NCBI GenBank assembly: GCA_040235405.1
Contig: JBECKT010000051.1
Location: forward strand, 6,879 to 70,878
Origin: Alcanivoracaceae bacterium
Lineage (GTDB): Bacteria; Pseudomonadota; Gammaproteobacteria; Pseudomonadales; Alcanivoracaceae
Length of the DNA: 64,000 nucleotides
Direction: 5' to 3'
A model generated the notes under the pieces. That model was given only the letters and a program-made list of their open reading frames with translations. It was not told the DNA's origin and did no database searches. Below are positions 7,966 through 18,517 of this stretch, in pieces; position 1 is the stretch's first letter, and the number at the start of each line of letters is the position of its first letter. Made by a program: the position numbers and the translations under genes.

Positions 7966-10900
7966 GACGCGTGATTCTGCTACTCCTGATAGTCATGCTA
8001 CTGGTTCAAGTGATGGCTGCCATTCTGGTCAGCACTGAACGTGGCAGTCGCTGGTTGCTCGGCATAGCCTGCCAGTATGTGCCCGGTACGCTTACCACCA
8101 ATGATGTTACCGGCACCTGGCTGGCCGGAATGAATATCGGCGCGCTTCACTATCAACTGCCGGAAATCACCATTCACGGCGAAGCAATACAACTCAAACC
8201 GGATTTCGCTGCGTTATGGCGCGGCGAGATCCATGCAAACTGGCTGTACGCCAGCAATGTAAGAATAGACCAGTCACTGGCCCGGCCCGGAGCGAGCGGT
8301 CCATTTATTCTGCCCGATCAGCTCAGCCTGCCGATTTCCATAACGATTGATGATGTCCGACTACAAGGCCTGTCCCTGCATCACCCGGAGCGCACAACAC
8401 TAAAACTGGACCTTGTCACCAGTACAAATATCTCAGCAGGACAGTACCTGAGCTTTCGCACCTTTCTGATCCAGCATGACCTGGCTGAAATCAGTGCCAG
8501 TGATGGAAAGCTGAAACTGGTTCAGCCCTATCCTCTGAAAGCGGATATTCACTGGCGCAGCGCTTTCACGAAACTGTCCGAATTATTTGGCAGCGATCAG
8601 CTTGCAGGCAAAGCGGAGCTATCCGGTTCATTGAACAATCTCCACATTAATCACCAACTGCTTGACCCGGCGTCACTATCGAGCAAGATTGATGCCCAAC
8701 CATTCTCCGGGAAAATGGATTTCCGCAGCCGTCATCACTGGCAGGAAATTGCACTGCTACAAGCAACACAGCAACCCCTGACTGTGCAACGCGGCAGCCT
8801 TGAGTTGTCCTCAAACGATGGACGCCTGATCAGCAAGCTCGACACCACGCTACACGCCGCCGATTTTGGCAGTCTGGACGTCAGCATTGCTGCCGAAGGC
8901 AGCTGGACACAGGCAGACAAGCTGCAGATATCGGTCGCACAAGAGGATAGCCGGGTTCAGGCAACTGGCAGCGCCCACTGGCAGCCGGATGATGCAGGTT
9001 TCAACCTGATTATCAATGACAGTCATATTGATGCCAGCCGGATTCATCCGGAACTGACTGGCAAGATCGGACTGGCAGCCAACCTTAGTGGCTCCGTGAT
9101 CGGCAAGCGCTGGAGCGTCCTATCCGACAGCATCCGTATTGACGGACAACTGATGGGCAACCCGCTGCAAGCCTCCCTGAATGCGGCGGTCAGTCAACGC
9201 CTTGTTTCGGTAAACGGCGATGGCAGCTACGCTGGCAATCATGCAAACATCGATGTTCGCATCAATGACCGCATCAGAGGTGATGCCAGCCTCTCTCTGA
9301 AAAACTTGCAAGCCTTGCATCCGGAGCTGCACGGAGCCGCCGAGATCCAGGCGACCCTGAGCGGATACCGGAATGCCCCGGAAGTTAATATGACTGTTGC
9401 AGGCACAGGCTTGCGCATGCGCGAATACCTGCTCGCCAGTGTGTCACTAAAGGCAGACAACCTCGGCCCCGCTTCCTCGAACATGACGCTTGCCATCAAC
9501 AGCGGGGAGCTCTGGCATCGAGACAGTATGCTTCTTGAGCATGCAGCCATTGAACTGAGCGGCGCCTACAGCAACCACTCCATTGCGCTGGTGTTAAAGA
9601 AGGAAGGCATTCGTCTTGATGGCGCTCTGGCGGGCGGATTCCAGTCTGTGCAGCATTGGGCCGGCGAGATCACCGGCCTGAGTCTGGCCCTGCCGGAAAA
9701 CCCGCCCTGGCAGCTGTTGCAGCCCTCGCCGATTGAGTTATCTCCGCACAAGACAGTGCTGATGCCACTGTGCCTGTCTGATACAAACGGTGAAGCTTGT
9801 CTGGAATATTCTTTCGACAACGGTCGCATTGCCGGCTCCGCCGCTCTTGGCAAAATAGCGCTGGCGCCTTTGTCTGCCATTATTGGCCATGACATCAGTC
9901 TCTCCGGAAGCCTTGACAGCAAACTGACCGCGTCGCGCTCCGCTGCCGGAATCTGGCAAGGCCAGGCCAGCTCGTCTCTGCACAACGCGCAGCTTATATT
10001 CTCAGTAGATACTGAAGCCTACCCGCTGGATTTTGACGCAGCCTCACTTTCCGGACAGGTCACGGGCGACACGCTTACCGCCCAGGCAAGTATCAGCATC
10101 AATAATCACGGGTATGCGCGAGCCAATCTGGCAACCGGCTTGCAACCGGAAGCACCGCTATCCGGTGAACTTTCTCTGGCGCTGAGCGAGCTGCGTTGGC
10201 TGGAGATGATATTGCCGCAATTACGCCAGAGCCGGGGACATCTTGAAGGTCGTCTTGCAGTGGCAGGAACTCGCCAGTCGCCACGTTTCAGCGGCGCACT
10301 TCAGTTGCGCGATGCCGGCACCGACATTCCGGTTGCCGGGCTTTCCCTGAGCGGAATCCGCGCCGAGCTGAGCGGCAATGGACCGGAACTGAGCTTGAGC
10401 GGAGAGGCCGGGTCCGGCCCCGGGACGCTCCGGGCCAGGGGCAATATTGATCTTTCCACCGGCCTGCCGTTGCAACTCGACCTGACTGTGAGTGGCAAAA
10501 GCTTTCTCGCCATTGATCTGCCGGAAGCGCGTGTTCTGGTCGATCCGGACCTGCGCCTGCGCGGCTCCACCAGGCTGCTGATACTGCGCGGGGATATCGT
10601 CATTACCGACGCTGCACTTCGACCACAGCAACTGCCCGAGATGGCGGTACGGGTAAGTGATGATGAAATCATTATTAATGCCTCAACCGAGCAACCCGGC
10701 GTGATGGCAGTAGATACCGACATCATGTTGCGGCTGGGTAACAATGTACGGTTTAGCGGCTTTGGCCTGGAGGCAAAGCTGGGTGGCAATCTGCAGCTGT
10801 TGTCCGCGCCATCCCGGCCAGTTGCGCTAACGGGAGAACTACGCATTGATGAAGGCCGCTATCGCGCCTATGGGCAGAATCTGGAGATTGATCGCGGCCT

Positions 10901-11417
10901 GCTGATATTCCAGCAACGGATTGATAACCCCGGTCTTGATATTCGCGCGGTACGCCGCATTCCCAGCGCCCAGGTAGTTGCTGGCGTTGCCATCACCGGC
11001 ACACTGCAATCGCCGGAAGCGCGGTTGACCTCCACGCCGCCCATGGAAGAAAGCGAGATCATGGCATGGCTGCTCACCGGCCGGGGGCTGTCCGGCAATT
11101 CGGAAACCGACAATGCCATGATCGCTCAGGCATTGGCGGTATATGGCCTCGAAAAAGGCAGCGGCGTCACCGAAAAAATCGGCGAGAAAGTTGGTCTGGA
11201 TGAAATCAGTGTCGGCAGCAACTGGGAAACCACTGATGCCGCCCTGATGCTTGGCAAACAGATCAGCAATCGCCTGTACTTGCGCTACGCCATTGGTCTG
11301 TTTGATGCCCTGTCAACGGTGATGCTGCGCTATACCGTCAGCCGTCGAGTGCATCTTGAAGCACAGTCCGGCAGTGACCAGCAAAGCATTGACCTGATCT
11401 ATCAGATCGAACGCTGA
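7962..11417 (+). CDS. tamB: Translocation and assembly module subunit TamB (DUF490 C-terminus)
   Basis: 1151 aa with an N-terminal signal-anchor. The body is a long repetitive beta-rich region. The C-terminal DUF490-like region reads LTSTPPMEESEIMAWLLTGRG...LGKQISNRLYLRYAIGLF. It is coupled to tamA. Confidence 0.85.
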   Translation: MRRVILLLLIVMLLVQVMAAILVSTERGSRWLLGIACQYVPGTLTTNDVTGTWLAGMNIGALHYQLPEITIHGEAIQLKPDFAALWRGEIHANWLYASNVRIDQSLARPGASGPFILPDQLSLPISITIDDVRLQGLSLHHPERTTLKLDLVTSTNISAGQYLSFRTFLIQHDLAEISASDGKLKLVQPYPLKADIHWRSAFTKLSELFGSDQLAGKAELSGSLNNLHINHQLLDPASLSSKIDAQPFSGKMDFRSRHHWQEIALLQATQQPLTVQRGSLELSSNDGRLISKLDTTLHAADFGSLDVSIAAEGSWTQADKLQISVAQEDSRVQATGSAHWQPDDAGFNLIINDSHIDASRIHPELTGKIGLAANLSGSVIGKRWSVLSDSIRIDGQLMGNPLQASLNAAVSQRLVSVNGDGSYAGNHANIDVRINDRIRGDASLSLKNLQALHPELHGAAEIQATLSGYRNAPEVNMTVAGTGLRMREYLLASVSLKADNLGPASSNMTLAINSGELWHRDSMLLEHAAIELSGAYSNHSIALVLKKEGIRLDGALAGGFQSVQHWAGEITGLSLALPENPPWQLLQPSPIELSPHKTVLMPLCLSDTNGEACLEYSFDNGRIAGSAALGKIALAPLSAIIGHDISLSGSLDSKLTASRSAAGIWQGQASSSLHNAQLIFSVDTEAYPLDFDAASLSGQVTGDTLTAQASISINNHGYARANLATGLQPEAPLSGELSLALSELRWLEMILPQLRQSRGHLEGRLAVAGTRQSPRFSGALQLRDAGTDIPVAGLSLSGIRAELSGNGPELSLSGEAGSGPGTLRARGNIDLSTGLPLQLDLTVSGKSFLAIDLPEARVLVDPDLRLRGSTRLLILRGDIVITDAALRPQQLPEMAVRVSDDEIIINASTEQPGVMAVDTDIMLRLGNNVRFSGFGLEAKLGGNLQLLSAPSRPVALTGELRIDEGRYRAYGQNLEIDRGLLIFQQRIDNPGLDIRAVRRIPSAQVVAGVAITGTLQSPEARLTSTPPMEESEIMAWLLTGRGLSGNSETDNAMIAQALAVYGLEKGSGVTEKIGEKVGLDEISVGSNWETTDAALMLGKQISNRLYLRYAIGLFDALSTVMLRYTVSRRVHLEAQSGSDQQSIDLIYQIER

Positions 11418-11430
11418 CAGCCTCTCAAGC

Positions 11431-12198
11431 TCAGCGACTGAGAAAACGTATCAGACTGCGCGTGAACCCGGCAGGCGTCAGTTTCGCTGCCAGCATGGTG
11501 GCGCGGAACTGCAATCCGACCGGACGATGAACCGGACTGGCGGCACCGCCCTGCTGCACCGCTTCCCACACTGCCTCGGCGATATCGCTGGCATCCAGAT
11601 CAACACCGAGACGGTCCATGATAGGCGAATAGTTATCCGCCACCATCGCTGTCTTGACAAACGGCGGCATGATATCAAGCACGCGGATATCATGTTTTTG
11701 CCATTCAATATTGAGGGCCTCGGTCAAGCCGCGAACGGCAAACTTGCTGGCCGAGTAACTGGCAAAATCCGGCACACCATAAAGCGCCGAAGCCGAGCAC
11801 ATGCTGATCACCATAGCGTCAGGTGTGATCCGAAGAAAAGGAAACGCCGCATGGGTGACATTAATCAGCCCGGTGACATTGATATCGATGATGCTTTTAT
11901 GTTGATCCGGCGAAATCTTTTCAAACGCGCCAGTGCGGAGAATGCCTGCACAGTTAAACAACACCTGCAGATAGCCGTCATGGTCATGGGCAAAGGCCTC
12001 GACCGTGGCACGCACGCGGGCGCCGTCGGTGACGTCCAGGGCACGCCACCAGACCCGTCCCCCCAGCTCTCCGGCCAACTTCTCCAGCGCTGCCTCGTTG
12101 ACATCGGTGAGGCCGACTGACCATCCGGCGGCATGGAACCTGCGCGCTGTAGCCTCGCCGATGCCGGCGCCAGCACCAGTAATAAAAATTGCTTTCAT
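11431..12198 (-). CDS. SDR-family oxidoreductase
   Basis: The ATG at 12198 is preceded by AGGAG. Rossmann motif MKAIFITGAGAGIGEATA, NCAG, and catalytic S...YSASK. Confidence 0.85.
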   Translation of the reverse strand: MKAIFITGAGAGIGEATARRFHAAGWSVGLTDVNEAALEKLAGELGGRVWWRALDVTDGARVRATVEAFAHDHDGYLQVLFNCAGILRTGAFEKISPDQHKSIIDINVTGLINVTHAAFPFLRITPDAMVISMCSASALYGVPDFASYSASKFAVRGLTEALNIEWQKHDIRVLDIMPPFVKTAMVADNYSPIMDRLGVDLDASDIAEAVWEAVQQGGAASPVHRPVGLQFRATMLAAKLTPAGFTRSLIRFLSR

Positions 12199-12505
12199 AT
12201 CAGGACTCCTTGATAACCGGCAGCGCATAGATGCCTTCACTGAAAAGCCGCACTTCCATTACTGCGGAACGACAGCCGAGCTGGCAAGTATAGCGGCACA
12301 CATGGCACTGTCTGCCAGCCCCAGCATGGCCGGCCCCGCCAGAGTAGCACTCTGGGCGGACCAGGTTTTCCCGGAACGGCTGGCTTCCGGTAAAAAAACA
12401 GCGCTAATCATAGCGATAACAGCCGCACATGCCAGTGCGGCCATGGGCAGCGCGCCACGCTTGCCGTAAAATGGCCCGTTTTCACAGCCAGCCAGGAACC
12501 TGTCC

Positions 12506-14221
12506 ATGCGCGCGTCCCGCTTTCTGCTTGCCACCGTCAAGGAAACTCCGGCTGATGCCGTGGTTATCAGCCATCAGCTGATGCTGCGTGCCGGCATGAT
12601 CCGTAAACTTGCGTCCGGCCTGTATAACTGGCTGCCGGTGGGTCTGCGGGTGCTGCGCAAGGTCGAGCGCATCGTCCGCGAGGAAATGGATAAAAGCGGT
12701 GCCCAGGAAGTGCTGATGCCGGTGGTCCAGCCGATGGAGCTATGGGACGAATCCGGGCGCGCGCCTGCCTACGGCCCGGAACTGCTGCGTATTACTGACC
12801 GCCACAACAACCCGTTTTGCCTCGGCCCCACCCATGAAGAGGTGATCACCGACCTGGTCCGCAACGAAGTGCACAGCTACAAGCAGCTGCCCATGAACTT
12901 CTACCAGATCCAGACCAAATTCCGCGATGAAACCCGGCCACGCTTCGGCGTCATGCGGGCACGCGAATTCATCATGAAGGACGCCTACTCGTTCCATATC
13001 AACATGGATTCGCTGCAGCAGACCTATGACGATATGTATCGCACCTACTGCCGGATTTTCGACCGCATCGGTCTCGATTATCGTCCGGTTGCGGCCGACA
13101 CCGGCTCCATCGGCGGCTCCGGTTCACACGAATTCCATGTGCTGGCGGATTCCGGCGAGGACGCCATCGCCTTCTCTGACCAGTCTGATTACGCCGCCAA
13201 TGTCGAACTGGCCGAGGCAGTTTCCAGCGGCTCGCGCGCGGCGCCATCGGAAGCCCTGCGACTGGTCGACACGCCAAAGGCAAAAACCATTGCCGAACTG
13301 GTCGAGCAGTTCGATATCCCCGCCACCAGAACGGTAAAGACCCTGATCGTTGCGGCCAGCGAGGAATTCGGCGGTGGTTTTGTTGCCCTGCTGCTGCGCG
13401 GTGATCACGAGCTGAACGAAATCAAGGCGGAAAAACATCCGGCAATTGCCAGCCCCTTGCGCTTTGCCACAGAAGACGAGATCCGCGCTCTGATCGGTGC
13501 CGGCCCAGGCAGTCTCGGCCCCCTGAATCTGCCGATTCCGTTTATTGTTGACCGCGCCGCGGCCCTGTGCAGTGATTTCGCCAGTGGCGCCAATATCGAT
13601 GGCAAACATTACTTCGGCATGAACTGGGAGCGCGATCTCACCATTGATACCAGCGCCGATCTACGCAACGTGGTCGAGGGTGATCCGAGCCCGGACGGCA
13701 AGGGCAACCTGACTATCCGTCGCGGCATTGAAGTCGGCCACATTTTCCAACTGGGCACCAAATATTCCGCCGCGTTGGGCGCCAAGGTACTGGACGAAAA
13801 CGGTAAAAGCGTAATCATGCCGATGGGCTGCTATGGCATCGGAGTCAGCCGGGTAGTGGCGGCCGCGATCGAACAGAACTATGACGACCGCGGTATTATC
13901 TGGCCGGCATCGATTGCCCCGTTTGACGTGGCCCTGATCCCGCTCAATCTGAAAAAGAGTCCGCGCGAAGGCGAGCTGTGCGAACGGCTATACGCCGAGC
14001 TGATCGCCGCCGGCTTCGATGTACTCTACGACGACCGGGAAAAGGAACGGCTTGGCGTGAAGCTGGCCGATGCCGAGCTGATCGGCATTCCCCACCGGAT
14101 TCTGGTCACGGAGAAAGGTATCGACGCCGGCATACTGGAGTACAAGGGCCGCCGCGATAGCGAGGCCCGCGAGATCGCCATCACCGGACTGCTGAGCTTC
14201 CTGAACTCCGGCCGCAACTAG
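12506..14221 (+). CDS. proS: Proline--tRNA ligase
   Basis: Full-length bacterial-type ProRS with class II motifs ([25 protein letters not shown]; [13 protein letters not shown]) and an inserted editing domain. Confidence 0.97.
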   Translation: MRASRFLLATVKETPADAVVISHQLMLRAGMIRKLASGLYNWLPVGLRVLRKVERIVREEMDKSGAQEVLMPVVQPMELWDESGRAPAYGPELLRITDRHNNPFCLGPTHEEVITDLVRNEVHSYKQLPMNFYQIQTKFRDETRPRFGVMRAREFIMKDAYSFHINMDSLQQTYDDMYRTYCRIFDRIGLDYRPVAADTGSIGGSGSHEFHVLADSGEDAIAFSDQSDYAANVELAEAVSSGSRAAPSEALRLVDTPKAKTIAELVEQFDIPATRTVKTLIVAASEEFGGGFVALLLRGDHELNEIKAEKHPAIASPLRFATEDEIRALIGAGPGSLGPLNLPIPFIVDRAAALCSDFASGANIDGKHYFGMNWERDLTIDTSADLRNVVEGDPSPDGKGNLTIRRGIEVGHIFQLGTKYSAALGAKVLDENGKSVIMPMGCYGIGVSRVVAAAIEQNYDDRGIIWPASIAPFDVALIPLNLKKSPREGELCERLYAELIAAGFDVLYDDREKERLGVKLADAELIGIPHRILVTEKGIDAGILEYKGRRDSEAREIAITGLLSFLNSGRN

Positions 14222-14419
14222 ACATCCCGCCAATCGGAGGATTCGCCCGTTTTTCGTAGTCTTTTGTCTCCCGGGCATTGACGGCGCGGGTACAACCGTT
14301 AACAGTAGCTTCCCAATAACAAGAGCTTCTGTCAGTAGCCGCTTGATATCTCAGGGTTTAGGTTAATCAAAAGCTTCTGAGAGCGTGCTGACGACCCTTT
14401 TCTGACGCGGAACAGATTA

Positions 14420-15676
14420 ATGCTGCGACTCATACTGTTTCTCTGCTGTCTGGCCCTGTTGCCGTGCACAGCCCTTGCCCATGTATTCCAGATTCCTGCT
14501 TCTCAACTGCCGGGGCTGGTCAATCAGGCCCCGGAACCATTCAGCTTCTTCAGCATGCAATCCGGGCGGCTTGAACCGGTGCCACACCAGTGGCTGGAGT
14601 TTTCCACCGACGGCTTCCCCTGGTTTGCCAGGGACTCTGCCACCCGTCGTGCCGGCGAGCCCGGAATCATCAATGCCGAGCACCGGCTGTTATTACGGCG
14701 CAGCGATGGCGGCCCGCGCCTGAGTGGCAATCAGGCGGAACAGGTGGTCGGAGAGCTTGAAGTAAACCTGGCAGGCGAGACGCTTTACTATTACGTAGTC
14801 AAGAATGCCTACCGTCAGGCAACACAGCGCTATGTCCGTTTCGACCAGCAGCGCATGGCGGTCCGCAGCACCGATTACTCGTTCTCCATGAAACAGGGCA
14901 ACATGCTGATCTGGAATGATTTTTTTTATAAAAGCTTCCAGACGGAGTCGGGCCAGCCGGAAACCCTGCTGGACACCCTGAAGATTCGCATGAGCGCCGG
15001 GCTGTTCTCGGAGAACGCCCGCATTACCCTTACCAACGAGAATCTTGAACCAACCATTGAAGAAGTGGTGGAGGGACCGCTGGCATGGGTGGTATTCGCC
15101 AGGACCACCCTGCATGTAGCCCGTGTGCCGGTAATGCGGGCACGCAACTATTTCCTGCTGATGCCGCAGCAAACCGATATCCACACTCGCTTCACCCTGC
15201 CGATAGTGGCCAAGACCATTCTCACCCCGCCAACGCTATCTATCTCGCTGGATGGTAACCAGCTTTATGGCGGCAAGCTGGTCACCAGCTGGACTGGCGA
15301 CAAGGTTGGCGTCACTGATGGCAAGCTCTCGGATACCGAAAAGGCTATGGTGGAAACTCCGCTGAAGGGACAGAACTGGCTCTGGTTTGGCACCGGCCGC
15401 GGATTCGACCTGCTTGGCCAGCTTGAGTTTCTCGAAGGCTTCGAACGTCCCGTGCGCCTGCTCTATGAAGACGATGCCACGCTCAGCAATCCGCCGGAAC
15501 GCTTCCCCGGCCAGCTGCCCAACGTTGGCTTTACCATTGAGCAGCTGCCCATTGGCAAGGAATTCTATTTCCGCGCCAGCCTGTACTTCAGCGAGAACAG
15601 CCGCGGGATGGGCCCCGGGCAATATGCCGCCAGCATCACCGGCGAGCCCTCCGTGGTCTGGCGAACGCTGGATTGA
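14420..15676 (+). CDS. Secreted hypothetical protein
   Basis: ATG at 14420 with signal peptide MLRLILFLCCLALLPCTALA. It is a 418-aa ORF in no family I recognise. Its stop abuts the stop of the convergent thpR (TGATCA). Confidence 0.55.
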   Translation: MLRLILFLCCLALLPCTALAHVFQIPASQLPGLVNQAPEPFSFFSMQSGRLEPVPHQWLEFSTDGFPWFARDSATRRAGEPGIINAEHRLLLRRSDGGPRLSGNQAEQVVGELEVNLAGETLYYYVVKNAYRQATQRYVRFDQQRMAVRSTDYSFSMKQGNMLIWNDFFYKSFQTESGQPETLLDTLKIRMSAGLFSENARITLTNENLEPTIEEVVEGPLAWVVFARTTLHVARVPVMRARNYFLLMPQQTDIHTRFTLPIVAKTILTPPTLSISLDGNQLYGGKLVTSWTGDKVGVTDGKLSDTEKAMVETPLKGQNWLWFGTGRGFDLLGQLEFLEGFERPVRLLYEDDATLSNPPERFPGQLPNVGFTIEQLPIGKEFYFRASLYFSENSRGMGPGQYAASITGEPSVVWRTLD

Positions 15677-16210
15677 TCAAATGCTGCTGGCCGTCAATGG
15701 CCAGCGGCGGCGCACCCGGTAGCGCACACCCCACTGACTCTGCTCTGATTCATACAGACACAGTTCCGCTATCTCGTAACCGAGATCCAGCGGTATATCG
15801 GGAGCCGGGACAAACGCGCGCGGCAGCCGCGCCAATGTGATATGAGGGCGTAATGGTCGCCCCGCCGACTCGGCAAGAGCCTCTTGCAAAAGACGGTGAA
15901 AGCGCGACAGGCCACTGGTCAACGGAGCCTCGGCCGCAAATACCCGGCCAGCACTGTCCGGAAAGCAATGACCTCGCTGCAGGCGCAGGCGCAGGGCTGA
16001 CTGTCCGGAACAGAATTGCTCTGCAACCGTAGCGATCTGCTCCATCCTCGCTTCTGTGATTTCTCCAAAAAAAATCAACGTCATATGAAAGTTGCCCGCC
16101 ACCACCGGCAGCGGTCTGATAGCCGTCATCTGCTGCAGCGCCTGATCGCGCACGCCAATCAGTTCCAGAGACAGGGCGTCCGGCACCGGAAAGCCAAGAA
16201 AAAGCCTCAT
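15677..16210 (-). CDS. thpR: RNA 2',3'-cyclic phosphodiesterase (2H phosphoesterase, ThpR/LigT)
   Basis: Two H-x-T-x motifs (HMTLIFFG and HITLARL) at typical spacing. I chose the ATG at 16210 (MRLFLGFPVP). Confidence 0.75.
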   Translation of the reverse strand: MRLFLGFPVPDALSLELIGVRDQALQQMTAIRPLPVVAGNFHMTLIFFGEITEARMEQIATVAEQFCSGQSALRLRLQRGHCFPDSAGRVFAAEAPLTSGLSRFHRLLQEALAESAGRPLRPHITLARLPRAFVPAPDIPLDLGYEIAELCLYESEQSQWGVRYRVRRRWPLTASSI

Positions 16211-16299
16211 GGCCAGCGCCACGGCCGGGCGGTACAATCAGCGCCCCGGGATACCCCGGTGACCCCTGAACCTGCTTCTGCCAACACGGTGCCCCCGCA

Positions 16300-17643
16300 A
16301 TGTCTTCTGAAAAACTGTCCCCGACCGCAACGCCCGGCAAAGTCGGGTTTATCAGCCTTGGCTGCCCGAAGGCGCTGGTGGACTCCGAACGCATTCTGAC
16401 CCAGCTGCGCACCGAAGGCTATGAAGTGGTGCCCACTTACGAGGACGCTGACGTAGTCGTGGTCAACACCTGTGGTTTTATCGATGCAGCCAAGGCGGAA
16501 TCGCTGGAGGCGATCGGTGAGGCGATCAGTGAAAACGGCAAGGTGATCGTCACCGGGTGCATGGGTGTCGACGAAGATGCCATTCGCAAGGTCCATCCAC
16601 AGGTGTTGTCGGTGACCGGGCCACAGCAGTACGAGCAGGTCGTCAACGCGGTGCATCAGGTGGTGCCGCCGCTGGCCAACCACAATCCGTTTCTTGATCT
16701 GGTGCCTCCGCAGGGTATCAAGCTCACACCACGGCACTATGCCTACCTGAAAATTTCCGAAGGCTGCAATCACAAGTGCAGCTTCTGCATTATTCCGTCG
16801 ATGCGCGGGAAGCTGGTCAGTCGACCGATTGGCGACGTGATGGATGAAGCCGAGCGCCTGGTCAAGGCCGGCGTGCAGGAGCTGCTAGTGATTTCCCAGG
16901 ACACCAGTGCCTACGGTGTCGACCTGAAATATCAGACCGGCTTCTGGCAGGGCATGCCGGTGAAAGCCAAAATGCTGGACATGTGTCGCGCAATGGGCAG
17001 CCTCGGCGCCTGGGTCCGGTTGCACTATGTCTACCCTTACCCGCATGTCGACGACATCATTCCGCTGATGAGCGAAGGCCTGGTACTGCCCTATCTTGAT
17101 ATTCCGTTCCAGCATGCCAGTCAGCGCATTCTTGAACTGATGAAGCGCCCGGCCCACGCTGAAAACACGCTGGCGCGGATCAAACGCTGGCGGGAAATCT
17201 GTCCGGACATCACTTTGCGCTCGACTTTTATCGTCGGCTTCCCCGGTGAAACCGATGATGACTTCGAGCAACTGCTCGACTGGCTTGAAGAAGCCCGGCT
17301 TGATCGCGTCGGCTGCTTCACCTATTCGCCGGTGCAGGGCGCAGCGGCCAACGCCCTGCCCGACCATGTCGACCCGGAAGTTGCCGAGCAGCGTCTTGAG
17401 CGTTTCATGAATGTTCAAGCTCGCATCAGTGCCCGCAAACTGCAGCAGAAAATCGGCCGCGAACTGGAAGTGCTGGTGGATGAAGTCGGGGACGAAGGCG
17501 TAATCGCGCGCAGCCAGGCCGACGCTCCGGAAATTGATGGCCTGGTCTATCTGGATGATGTTGCCGATGTTCGCCCCGGACAACGGCTACGCGTGCGCGT
17601 GACCGACGCTGATGAACACGATCTCTGGGCCACCCCGCTGTAA
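16300..17643 (+). CDS. rimO: Ribosomal protein S12 methylthiotransferase RimO
   Basis: UPF0004 N-domain ([15 protein letters not shown]), radical [14 protein letters not shown] and a C-terminal TRAM domain. Confidence 0.95.
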   Translation: MSSEKLSPTATPGKVGFISLGCPKALVDSERILTQLRTEGYEVVPTYEDADVVVVNTCGFIDAAKAESLEAIGEAISENGKVIVTGCMGVDEDAIRKVHPQVLSVTGPQQYEQVVNAVHQVVPPLANHNPFLDLVPPQGIKLTPRHYAYLKISEGCNHKCSFCIIPSMRGKLVSRPIGDVMDEAERLVKAGVQELLVISQDTSAYGVDLKYQTGFWQGMPVKAKMLDMCRAMGSLGAWVRLHYVYPYPHVDDIIPLMSEGLVLPYLDIPFQHASQRILELMKRPAHAENTLARIKRWREICPDITLRSTFIVGFPGETDDDFEQLLDWLEEARLDRVGCFTYSPVQGAAANALPDHVDPEVAEQRLERFMNVQARISARKLQQKIGRELEVLVDEVGDEGVIARSQADAPEIDGLVYLDDVADVRPGQRLRVRVTDADEHDLWATPL

Positions 17644-17657
17644 GGAGCGTCATCCGT

Positions 17658-18509
17658 TTGCTGGCAAACAACCCGTCCCGCGGCGCTGTCATGCTGATCA
17701 CCGGCGAGCTGTTGCTCGCGGTGATGGCGGCAATGATCAAGCACCTCACCGATCAGGGACTGTCCAGCGAAAGCATGGTGTTTTTCCGCAACCTGTTCGG
17801 TCTTCTGTTCCTGTTTCCGATGCTTTATCGCGGCGGCCTCGGCCAGTTGAAAACACAGCGCATCGGCATTCATCTGGTACGCGCCATCACCGGCGTCGGC
17901 GCCATGTTTCTGTTCTTTTATACCATTGCCCACGCTACGCTGGCGGAAGCGGTGCTGGTGAAAATGACGGCACCGTTCTTTCTGCCGCTGATCGGCCTGG
18001 TCTGGCTCGGTGACAGGGTCCGGCCGCAAACCTGGTGGGCGATTCTGCTCGGCTTTGTCGGTGTTATCGTGATTTTACGGCCCGGCTCCGGCGCCTTTAA
18101 TCCGGTGCTACTACTGGCCCTGGCCAGCGCTGCACTGATGGGCATTGCCAAGGTCAGCATTCGGCGCATGGCGGATTCCGAACCACCGCGCCGCATCGTA
18201 TTCTGGTTCGGTTTGTTCAGCACACTGATTTCCGCAGTGCCAATGCTGTGGAATGAGCGCTGGCCGGACCAGATCCAGCTGTACTGGTTGCTCGGCATTG
18301 GCCTGATCGCCACCGCTGCGCAGATGTGCATGACCCATGCCTATCAACTGGCCAGCCCGGGGCGGATCGGTGTCTACAACTACACCTCGGTGATCTGGGC
18401 GGTGACACTGGGCTGGCTGTTCTGGGGAGAAACGCTGTATTTCAGCTTTCTGCTCGGCACCCTGCTGATTGTCGGCGCAGGCATCTGGAATCTGCGCACC
18501 CAGCGGTAG
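17658..18509 (+). CDS. DMT-superfamily (EamA-like) transporter
   Basis: About 10 predicted TM helices with duplicated EamA-like halves. The TTG at 17658 follows AAGGAG; an alternative ATG lies at 17691. Confidence 0.75.
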   Translation: MLANNPSRGAVMLITGELLLAVMAAMIKHLTDQGLSSESMVFFRNLFGLLFLFPMLYRGGLGQLKTQRIGIHLVRAITGVGAMFLFFYTIAHATLAEAVLVKMTAPFFLPLIGLVWLGDRVRPQTWWAILLGFVGVIVILRPGSGAFNPVLLLALASAALMGIAKVSIRRMADSEPPRRIVFWFGLFSTLISAVPMLWNERWPDQIQLYWLLGIGLIATAAQMCMTHAYQLASPGRIGVYNYTSVIWAVTLGWLFWGETLYFSFLLGTLLIVGAGIWNLRTQR

Positions 18510-18517
18510 CAGGCAAT

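Noticed and set aside
12259-12540. 93-aa minus-strand ORF in the 307-bp gap between the SDR gene and proS. A possible 82-aa hydrophobic protein would start at [11 protein letters not shown].
   Set aside because: It has no recognisable family or convincing RBS, is Ala-rich, and overlaps the proS start. It could be a real small membrane protein, but I cannot support that from sequence alone.
15674-15679. Convergent stops abutting as TGATCA (the hypothetical secreted protein gene and thpR). Similarly, a 15-nt convergent overlap at 33305..33319.
   Set aside because: These are real in the sequence but appear to reflect general genome compaction. They have no associated structure or repeat and no specific biological claim.
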